Source: Lytechinus pictus (taxonomy: Eukaryota). From it: a stretch of 64,000 bases of DNA. The notes below the pieces were generated by a model that was not told where the DNA came from, ran no database searches, and was given only the letters and a program-made list of their open reading frames with translations. Shown piece by piece: positions 13,901 to 25,900 of the stretch. Location: positions 18,106,001 through 18,170,000 of the forward strand of contig NC_087260.1 in NCBI RefSeq assembly GCF_037042905.1, written 5' to 3'. How positions within the stretch are numbered: position 1 is the stretch's first letter; every line of letters begins with the position of its first letter. The position numbers and the translations under genes were made by a program.

Positions 13901-16900
13901 GTGGCTTTTCTAGAGCTCTCCTAACTAACACATTTTCCTTTTCAGATGAATGCAGGTTTTCAAGACCTCCAACTATACCTGTCTCTTCACACTATGGTGG
14001 CCAATCTTTGATTTACATTTTTTTTACATATTGTTCTTTTCTCTCAGGTTGTGTGGAATTTTCTTCAGAGAATATTGCTTTTTCAGATTTCTCACTAAAA
14101 CACCATATATGTACATTTTTAACATGGTTGAAGCTGATGTGTATTCATGGGATACCTTTCACTTCCTTCTCTCTCCATTTACAGATATCATAAGATTTGA
14201 AAATCACATTTCCTAAATTGATTTTATATACAAATGCAGAATGATGTTTTCTTGTATTTATTTCGTCAATCTTAGTGTCTCACTTTAAAAGCACATTATG
14301 TCCAACAAAACCATCAATTGGTGTCCGGAGAAGACCACAACAGTCATAATACTCAGGTGTAAATTTCATTGGTGCTAGCTCCACACCCATGGATGTTACA
14401 GCATCACATTTGTTTGTTGCTTTAACACTGTTTAGTGTAATTTTGAATCTCTAGGGTGTAATCTTAGGGACACCAACTGGCGTCAGTTTTAGCACCCTCG
14501 TTTTTACTGATTATTTTACTGAATTCCTGACATACATGTAGCACCACTCTAAGATACACCCTCATCTCCTACAAATGCATGATAAAATTTCATCTTCCAG
14601 GTGATCAATCTGATAAAGGTTCTAATCTCAGTAAATTCCTGAGAATGTCGGTCCCTAACGTGAGCGAGAAGATTAAAAATAGACGCTCATGGAACACCAA
14701 TTCCAGAGGTTTGTAGATGTTAACTGCTACAGTTTGCACCGCTTTAGTCACCGCAAGAAATGCCAGTAAAGGAAAAGGAAATGTTTCTGTTGGTAGTTTT
14801 TCCAGAATGCATCATGTTTTTTATTTTGAAATCAAAGTACATGTTTGAGGAAATGAATGGTTAATCTGAATGTATTCGTGAAACAAGGGGGAAGTTATAA
14901 ATAAAAATCTTTTAGTGTTAAAAATGTTAGTATTTTTTTGCTAAATTGAATAATGTAGTATTCTTTCAATTTGATTGAAATTGGAAACAACGCACTAACA
15001 GCGGCGGTTTCTTCCAAAAAAAAAAAATGTTTATAAGATGTCTTCACCCAATATGTGCACATTTTAAATCATCCACCGCCACCCCCGCCCTATCCCCCCC
15101 CCCATTACATTTCAGTATACAACTTAATGAAAATGCTTTGTACCATCTCACACACCATAGTACAAGAGCATTTTAATAGAGAGTGTATGAAAACAAGTGT
15201 GGAATTTAATTATTACAGACCTTTATTAATTCATTTTCAAGATCAGATGCCATGCTGTTGTCTGTATTCAGAAGATGCTATCTGATCAAAGTTCAAACTT
15301 TCAAATTCCTCAAATTGTACTTTGAACTCATCCATCTAGATTAATGCCATTTCTTGCTTTGCTCGTTTTGTTTTTAAGTTTGATTTTGTTACAAAGGGAA
15401 TGAAATGTATTTTATTACAGTGAATGATTATCAATATGAATATTACTATGACGTTATCTCTTAGCCGAGCCATCTGAGAACAGCAATAAATACGCGAGGG
15501 CACTTTCTAACTCGTCGACCACGCCCAGAAATCGTAATAGGCTATCCTGGAGCAGTAGTTACGGAGGTTCGTTGGAATGGAATCAAATTGTATTCGTCAT
15601 TCATAATCTCATTTTGATGGTTACATGTATACATTCGTTCTCTAATGGTCATTAGTCATTATACTAAAAAATCTTCACAAACATTGCATAACTCATTCTG
15701 ACAGCGCGTAGTCTACGGATAAAGAGATGTGTTCATAATGGAATGAAATCTACGTTGAAAAAATAAACTGAAGCTGAATTTCTTGGAATTTTTTTAATCC
15801 TAGGATTTCCTAAAGTTATGCAGAGAGCCTGACAATTATTTTTTAAATTGAAAAAAAAAATCCCAATTTTAACTTTAGAAGAATTTTTAAAGAAAACCTG
15901 CTTCAGTTTAAGTTTTTGAAAACAGGTTTTATTTGTTTAATGTTTCAATAATCCATTAAGTATAGTATGTAGTAATAACTTTTGGTTCAGGATTCTCAAA
16001 ATAAAGAAAAAGGGCATTTTTTCATATACTGTGACCATTTTGAATGCTTCAGTACCTTCACTTAGTGGTAGAACAAAAATAAATTGAAAGAAAAAAATCA
16101 GCAAATATTCTTAATTTGGCAATGTGAAGGAAATTCAAATTAACAATTTTCATGAGTGAAATTCACAAATTACTTTGTAAGGAATATCTCTTTAAATCTC
16201 TTTTCATTTCTGAAATATAGATTTTTAACAGAAAATTATTGCATTGAAAATAGAAACGGTAGAGTTGCCAATTTGTAGAAAGAAGGTGATAAAATAGACT
16301 TTACAGAATTCATTGTTCCCAATGAGCTTATGATTATCATAGTGAGGGAAATTAATAGACTAAATATTAGCATAGATAACTTTTGGCATGATTGTGAACC
16401 TATATTTAGATGGCCCTTGTTAATTTCATGAAGGTCTAGATCTAAGAATAAAAAATAGAAATTGTATTTCAGGCCGATTTATGTTCCATTGAAATGGATT
16501 CTCATGGCATATTTTATTTTATTCAACAAATTTCAAACACTGAACAATTCTCAGAATATATGAGCATGTATACATATATACTCAAACATTTCGTAGGTCA
16601 AGGGGGAATATAATTATCACGTTGCTTTATTATTGCTCTATTATTTCAACTCAAGCAACATAAATTCATGGCTGTTATGGGGGATTTATTTGTAATTAAT
16701 TTGCAATGCTATGTTAGTTTTCTTATGATTTTTTTTTTAAAGATGGGTATGTCTTTATGTCAGAGAATGGAGAAGCTACATTTGCATACAACATGCATGT
16801 TTATATACATATTATTTTATTATGATTTATTTAGTGCCATTCACATTCATATTTACAATTAATCAATTTCCATAAAAAAACGTTCAAGTCTTGCATGCTT

Positions 16901-19900
16901 ATTGTTTTTCACAGTTTGAAATCCATGTGCTTCAAGACCTGATATATAGGATTTCATAAGTGAATACACTACAGTTATTTTGACCAGTCTATAGAGAATT
17001 TAGACTCCTGCACCTTCATTTAAGTCATTACTGTAGTATATTAGAAATTTAAATATTGAGGGGAAAAAAGTAGGGAAATTTCAATATTTAGAAATGGAAG
17101 ATGGAAGACTGTTGCCATGAATAGTGTTTTGAAAATCAATTAAAAAAAAAATCTCTGGAATACTGAACTCTATGAAATATGATGTTTTGTTGCTCCAGAG
17201 AACAAATAGGAATCTATGCACCCAGAAAATGATTAAGTTTGCTTTGATTTTGCACGATGCATTTTGTCACTATTATTTCACAATGCAAATTATATAATTA
17301 TAAAGGTAAAACAACCAAACCTGTTGCTTGCTGTATATCACACTCCTATGACATAACATATATTGAACAGTTATATAACAAATATAATAACCAATCCTCA
17401 CTGTGATCCTGTATATAATCATTACTGTTCCAAAATAAAACTTAAGTTAAATAAGAAGTTCCTTAATTGAAATAATCTAGTATGCTTAAGCATATATTTA
17501 GAAATATTAAAATGCTTTCTGTTAGTTTAGAATTACCATTTTTTCTCAACTGTACTTATTTTATTTTTTTTTTGTTGGGGGGGTAGTATTAAATAAAAAA
17601 AATGTATCTATAATAATCAATATTGAAATAATATATGATGTAAGAATTTTTTACTTGGTTTCTTCTAAAATTTTGATCCCAAAACTATTACAAACATGAA
17701 ATGTGTATGTGATTTATGCCAATGTCAGATTAAAGAGGTCCCCTGTGGTAATACACGAAGTTGTTTGTAGTATGGAAATGAATTTACACGAACAAAATGC
17801 AAAATGCAAATATATTTTGCGTATTTCTGAAATTATGTATGAATGATATGAAAACTTGAATTTTTCTTATTCTAAATAATGTTTTTTGTGACTTGATGAA
17901 ATTACTTTGTTTTATTTGAGTGATCATCATAAATACAGATGTACATACTGTCCTGTCAAGAGGCCTTGCATGAATAGAACAATACATATTAGTTTGAGGT
18001 TTAGATATTTCAACTACGTAGGAGCAAATGTACAAAGCAAGACGTGTAATCTTGTGGTATATGAAACTGATCATTTCAAGACATTTTTGTGACTTTTAGG
18101 TGAAGCTACCGTCGATATGCAGTTTTTACGCGGCCTGCAGAGTATAGCGACGCCACCCACGGCCGCTGGGGCGTTTTCGTCATCGTCTCCCGGATCCAAC
18201 AAATCTAGTAACCGTTTGTCCTGGAACTTTCCAGGTGTGTTGTGGGATTTGACCTTTGACCTTTTGACTTTAACTTGGGTCACTCTAACAGATACATAAT
18301 GCTTGCTATATATTATTTATTTTCAAATATGAATATATCACTAATGGCTTAATCACAACACATCTAGCAAATGCTGAAGTATTCTGCTCCAATGTAACAA
18401 AACATACAATCACTCTTGCATAATTCCAAATTGGAAAATGCAGAAATTATCTCATTATTTTTTATTTTTTGTGGCAAAATAACAATGGAAATATAATACC
18501 GGGTATACTGTGGTTAAATGCGTGGAGGTTACATATATTCAGACCCTCTTTCATAAAACTTGTTATGAATGATAAACCCCCTTATTCTATTGCAAATTTG
18601 TTCCCAGCCAATCAACTGTCTTGATTTCAGTGGCTTGTAACAGTTGGTTGTGACTTGTCATTGATGAGAAATTTTGTGAAACAGGGTATTGATTAGAATC
18701 AATGCGTGGAGTGGGCACGAAATCTCTGACATAAAAACACAGTTTCTCAGTATTATGAAAGCTGGTAGTGGGCTTCAATCTTGTATTAGTGTGGATATCT
18801 GGGTGTCCTCTTTTTATGAAGCACTGGCTTGTGCCAGTTATGACAAAGTCAAATGCAAGGTATGCATATTATTTTTATTGAAGAGCTTTGTGCCATTACT
18901 ACGTTATCATTGAAAAATGGTAAATATAATTTATATCCATGTACGACAAACATTGCTTTGTACAAAAACACCTTTTCTTATCAGTTTTTAAATGTAAAAA
19001 CTGAGTAAAATACATTTTTTCTGAATTGCTGTTAAATTTGATACTGGCATTAGTTTTATGTACAGTGTCAAGTACTATGCCCCCATTGAGCCAGATTAAC
19101 AATCGGGTCATTGCCTTAGAACTTCCTGTTATTGAGCATATTTTTTTTCTGGATCTATTAAAAATAAAATTCAGGTGAAAGGGAAAATTCTTTGGGTAGA
19201 TAGGTTTGATGGTCAAGGAAATACACATATTTGATAATATTCGATCCTTTGGTGACTACCTCTCCTACCCCCAACTTTTTTCCTCTTGTAAAGATGCCCC
19301 CCCCCCCCCCGTTACCGTGAGTGAAGCAATTAGAACCCCCATCCCTCATCTTGTTACAAGAGTTTACCCCTACCCCTCCCCTCTCTGATTGATTGGAGAC
19401 CATGCACAGTTTGATCCCTGTCCTAGATTTTGCTTCTTTGTGTCTTTAGCAAATTTTTACGTAACATGATGGACTTTGTTCCAGAGTGTCGTCATATCAT
19501 CACTGAACCCATCATTGGAGAGTTCTCCCCTTACTGTCTTTTTGGCCTTATTTATATACCTATAAACTTCCAAATATGGTCAAGACAACGTTTTGTATCA
19601 CCCTTCACTATATTTTTGTCTAAACTTGTATCTAAAATTACAAATGGGGTTCAGCGATAGCATAACATTTTAAGGTCGGCCCTTTTCCCAGCAGTGCAGT
19701 GTCGAGTAACTTTAGATCTAATGTAGATCAGTTGCATCGTGACCTCAATGTCAAATCGTACATACACTGTACATGTACCATGAAATGATGGGTTTTTACA
19801 CATGTGATACTGCAAATGTTCTAGGTGCTTTGATTTATATACTGTACAGCATTTCTTGCCTTGTGTGTGTGTGTGATGCCTTTGGAAATATTTTCTAATA

Positions 19901-22900
19901 TAAACTCATAGGCCTACTAGTATCTGAGGGATAATGATAATTTCATGTGTTACTTTGTATCAAAAGCTTAATATTTAATAATTTCTGTTTTTTTAATATG
20001 TTATTCCCTATTTACACCACATTGTGATTTAAGTCCCTCTATTCTACACCATGTGCATGCCATCAGAAAACGGAATGCAGTCACGTATTTCAAACATATT
20101 AACCTTAAATACTAACCAGAATTTATTTGCACATTTGAATCAAAGGATGTTTGTTTCATACCTGCATATATGTGATTATTCCCACAATTTCTATTTTAGT
20201 TGTTGTTTTTTAAAATTCTAATCAAGTGCTGTTTATCCAATGTAGGTTGGAATGGATTTTGCAGACTGATCCGCATGCTATATTTGCTCAGCTTTGTATT
20301 TTAATATTTTCATATTCATATTTACACATTGTAATTGTCATAATGTGCTTTTTAAAAAGAACTTGCTCCTGTTTTTTGTCAGATTGTATTGAGTATGTAG
20401 ATTTTTAAGAAAAAATGCGTTTCATCCTTAAGGCCACCGCACACCTTACGACTGTTCGCGATCCGATTTTGGAACAAATCGCATTTTGCTCATTTTCTGA
20501 AGATGTGAATGGAACATATCATTTTATTTGAGGTTAAAATTAATTGAAATAATAATATTATAACCATTTTGAAAGATTGCAAGCCCTTATTTTTGGAGTA
20601 AAGTCGAAATTAGTTTCAAATCGTAGCCAATCGTACGACTGCTATGATGTCATTACGACTAGATATCAAATTCGCTTTTATTCTAAGAAGGATGATAGCA
20701 CTCACAGATTTGATCATACATGTAGGTATTCGTACGATGATTTAGAACATTACACAGTAAGGTATTCCAGGTCTCAATATTAGCATCAAATTCTACTACA
20801 TTTTATTCTGAAATCGGGTCGCAGACCAGTCGCAAGGTATGTGGTCGCCTTTAAACAATAAAATTTGAAGACAGAGAGAGAGAGAGGGGAAGAGAGAAAG
20901 ATGATTTAAAGGGGGGGGGGGTGAGAATTATTCCTGATGACAATATTGCAAATCTGCAGCATTCTTTTAAAGGAAAATGAAAATATTGAACCTGTGCAAT
21001 GTACATTATGTCTTACTGGATAGTACGCTATATATCTTTATATTGATATGTTCTGTCTGCTAGATAATTTAAGTTAGTGTTAATTGTTTTTATTCACTTT
21101 GTAGATATCTTGCATGCTTTTACATCATGCTTTACACCTATGAATATATTTATATATTTGCCATTTCGCATGGCCTGTTGAAATATTCTGCTTTGATAAT
21201 CATTTCAGTATTTGTTTTATTGTTTTTTGCATGATTAGGTACATTGAAATGTACCGACATCTATCTAATACAATTGTCTTACTCTTAGACATCAAGTTGC
21301 ATTCATGTTATTTTGGAGAAAATTGCTGTGATATGATATTTATGTTATATCTTATTTTGGGAAAAATGCCAGAAGACATTATTTTTGCTATGAAAATAAA
21401 ATATTTAGATATATAAGGCTGACGTGTTGGAATGAAATAGATTACAGCAAAAAGTGATATAACTTGTATAAAATATCAAATTTTGGAAGTTTTTGAGTGA
21501 GAGCAGTGGTTTTTTTTACGGGTGATTGATGTGTTATGTAATGAAATTTATACCACATTGTTGATAGGACTTGAAGGTGAAATTATATTGATTGGTTTTA
21601 ACCTATTGCCTCCTGGAACTAGATGATCCCTATGTAAAGCCTGTGGGAATTATTGTATTCAGTAGTAGATGGGTTATCGCCTGAATTGCATGGTCCTTGA
21701 GTAGCTTGCATGATTGATTTGCTGTGCTTGCATTTCTTTTCCTCTTTGATGGTTTATTATTTCCATTTTCCATTTATCTCTCACATTCTTCGTCATTTGG
21801 TTTACTGCACAATCACTGTCTATCCATCCATCCATCCGCCAACCAACTCTTGCTTCGACCTTTGACCTCTTCATGCACGAATTACCGGTCATTTTGGGGT
21901 CTGGTTATCCAGGGAATCAAATTAAATCCGACCACGCTTTCTGGCGGTCGCATAGCCCGACCCGGCCCGGCGAGAAACCTCTTGCTTCGCTGTCCAATTC
22001 TAAAAACGCTTCGCCGTATAACAGTACGGGCTTCTTAGCGATTCCAGGTTGGTCTGAAAAGGGTTGGACAGAAAAGAAAATGTTAAGAATTATGCTTAGA
22101 AAAAAGTTTTCAAATTGCCTAGAATTTAATCTCCCTGTTTGTCAGTGTATGTCGATTACAAAAATGGTTTAATGAAAAAGTAAAGTGCATGTTTTGATTT
22201 GTTATGGATGTTAAGATGGATAAAAATTGCAATTAGGTCACACTTCTGAGTGTTTGCCAAAGTTACTTTATGTATGATCGGACCTTGTAAACTCTTTTTT
22301 GATTTAATCAAAATGTTTTAAAAGGATACAAACAATGGGGTATGATTCTTGATGTGTTTCATTTATTCTTATTGTAAATGAATAGTGAATATATAAAACA
22401 TTGTGATTTAAAAAAAAATCATAATTTTCTTTTACGTATTTCATGATTGGCAAGCCTGCATGAACAAAATCACAAAAATGAGAAATTAACTAATTCCTGC
22501 TGAGTTTGTTTCACTTTTTAGTTTCTAATAATTAACATTTTTGCCAGTTCAAAACACATGCATTGATTATAATAAGATTCTGTAAATACAAAAGTGTATT
22601 CTTGTTTTGTTGGCATTGTTCGCTTCAATAACAATAAATTGCTGAATGTCTTAACATCATTGTAGCATGATCGATCTATCGGGTTTTAAGAGATATGGAG
22701 GTACATGTATCGAATAAACTTAGAGGGCTTTTGAAAAATCATAAATCAATCAGGTACTCTTCATTTGTTAATATTTAATCATGCAATATCTTATTATCAT
22801 TGATAAAATGCTTTTTAAACAAATTGTCTGAATTCATGAGTTCAAATTCATCTATCCAAAATTAAATAATGGTATCATTCATGTTGCTTTTTTTATCTTT

Positions 22901-25900
22901 ACTATGCATTGAATTACATGGGACACCATTTCATTATGATTATATACAAATTTATTCAATCATGCTTTTCCATTATTTTGATAATTCAAACTATGATTAT
23001 TCTAACTATTCAGACTAATATGTTTAGTGTCCTATAGAACAATTTGTGTACTTTTTTAAACCTTTTTTTACACAATGCATTACTGTAATTAACCAGCATT
23101 AACCCCATTCTTTCACCCTACCCTCTCCAACCCACCCCCCACCCCCTCTGTAAACAGGTGGCACGCCCTCGATCTCAACACCCCGCCCACTCACCGACAA
23201 AGACCGGACTGGGTCCAGCAGCTCGCTCAGTAGCAACGCGAGCACGTCACCGGGCCAAATCCACATCAACGGAAACGCCACGCATACCTCTCTCAGCGAT
23301 ACCACCAGTGTGGATGGACATGGGTCCGTCTCGCGTTCCCACTCGCGGTCTAAATCCTCAGCGATCATGTATGATAAATTATTAGACCACGAGATAAAGG
23401 ACTTGCTCATCTCCTTTCTCTACATCATTAAGAATGTCAATGAAGGTATGATTTGCTCAAACCTTGGTTAAAAAGTACTTGAAGAAGCTAAGGCCTGTCA
23501 TAACTAACATTAAAATGCTTATAAAAACAATAATTTTATGGAGGCATTTTGTGATCTTAAAGTTTTTCATGGTTTTGGTGCCGGCAAAAGAATTTATTTA
23601 TTTCATTTATTTTATGTAATGGTTACCCTCACTTTTTAGAAATGCATGTATCAGGCTACTTTCCCCATATTCAATATTCTGACGAAGAGAGTATCCTCAA
23701 TATTTCATTGAAATTAATTTTGTATTATCTTTTTTTTAGCATTTCATTGCAAATTTAATTATGGGGCACTTTTCCCTGTGTGATTAAATTAATCTGTATT
23801 TGGTGAATATGTTGGCAACCGCCACTCTGTAAAAATGGCCTGAGTTATTCAAGGGTCAAAATAATGCTATGAGAATAACAACATAGTACACGTAGGTCCG
23901 TATTTTGAACTCTGTTTCAACTTAAACCATGGTCTAAGTCTGGTCTAAAATTATGGAAAGCTATGAGTGTAAAAAAATGTTTAAACTTTCATGCTTAATG
24001 TGTTTACTAGGATGCTTCCATGGTTCAAATGTGAAGAAGTCTATTGTAATTATCATTTCAAGAATTTTTTAATGATTTTGAATAACAAATGTGATGATAT
24101 ATTGATCATCTAATTATAGAAATTGATGTCATATTAGGCTTCTCATAGTTAGACCAGAAATTTAGACCACAGTTTATTAAGTTAAACCAGAGTTCAGAAT
24201 ATGGGCCAGTCTTTGGCCCCGTATTCTGAACTCGGGTTTAAATTAAACCCTGGTTTAAAGTTATGGTTATAGCCAATTGAGGCACAAATCACTAACAGTA
24301 CACATCCATTTTATTAACTCATATGACACTCAAATTGTTCATAATTGTCTGGGAATGACAATTGAAGTATGTTGTTCATTATTCTTCATTATGAATACAA
24401 AATATTAAACATAAGAAATATTCAATATAGATAGAAATTTCGAATTTTTGGCTCCCCCATGATTTTAGCACAGAGTAAGACCATGGTCTACGTTAAACCT
24501 GACTTCAGAATACGGGCCAGTATGTTTATTTTTACTTCAAAATTTACAACCATACATACAGCAAAAGACCAGTAAAAGGGTTAGGGTGAAGACATGTACA
24601 TATTACATTTTCTTATTTACTTTCCTATTTCTGGCTAGTACCATTAGCTCTTTGTAAATCTTATTACTATTTTTGTTTGTATCGCTTTTTGTATGCATTT
24701 TTGTAGAAGTACTTCTCGGCTGGTGGAGTCAAAGTTCTGAGGACGATCAGCTTAAATTGTTCGATGTACTAGAGTAAGTATTCAGATCAATTTTATTTCA
24801 TTGGATTATATCAATGATAATGATAAGTCCCTTGATTATGCAATGGTATCTTTACTTCATACATGGCTTTAATTCAATGCAAGTCAGCTCCCTTTAGCTA
24901 AGTTTGTGAAAAAGCAGACTGGCATCAAAATATTGGAATTAATTGCAAATCAATTTCAGACTGCTTTGCAATTAGCAGTCCAGTTTCGTTTCCAAATTCA
25001 GTTTATTGAAATTAATAACAAATCCATCTTAGATACTTAAGTTAATGACAAGTATTGAAATTAATCAGAAGTCCATTTTAGGTTCCGAAATTAATTATAA
25101 ACTTTAATAGTTAATTGCAGCTTTGCCGTTGATACATCATCTGTCTTTATAAAGTTAATTTTTATTTTCTATTTGTAGGCTCTGTCTTCAACATTTCCGA
25201 TACGTAGGCAAAAAGATCATCATGCAAAGCAAGTAAGTCATTTTGAAATATAGAATTCCCTTCCTACATGTACATGTACTTCATCCTGCATGAGTAGGGG
25301 AAATGAGACTTACATGTACTGTTTTAGTAATTTAATCTAATGGGGCAGTCACATTTCTCCTACGGCGGCCATACGGCAAGTCGAAGAGGGCTGTTTTAAC
25401 ATTTTTTGTACCAGCTACATATAAAGTGGTTTGAATGAAAATGACTAAAACGACTTGCTGTATGACCGCCGTAGGGGAAATGTGACTGCAGCATTTTGGA
25501 ATGAAATGTTTAGGAAAACATTTGATATGAAGATTAAAAATGCAGAACCTACAACTGTTGGGCAAAATTTTGAATCGTCATGCAAACTCTCTGGGATCGT
25601 TTCATGAAGCATCTTGTCAGTGAATTTCAATGACAATTTTGCTCTCAGCCAGTCAGATGCAAGGATTTCAGTAGCTTATAACTGATAGTGAATAAATCAC
25701 TGGCTACTGGTTTCATGAAACTCTCCCCTGAAGTGGAAATTCAGGGCTATTTTACAGTTGTAGTCGATCCAATGCTCAATTTTCATTTACCATTTGTGAA
25801 TTTTTTTTTGTTACTCCTCTCTGTATATTTTGCTTTTGTTGTATGTCTAACTTCATACTGATATTGACTCTGGTAATTTGTGAAAAAAAATATACACTGT

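Noticed and set aside
13946..13996. Strong acceptor with 51-nt open segment [17 protein letters not shown]
   Set aside because: Donor gtggcc is poor and the region 13550-14510 looks repeat-derived.
23099..23410. Antisense ORFs over DOCK exons (also 28789-29046, 35698-35952, 41612-41956)
   Set aside because: Shadow frames of the coding exons.
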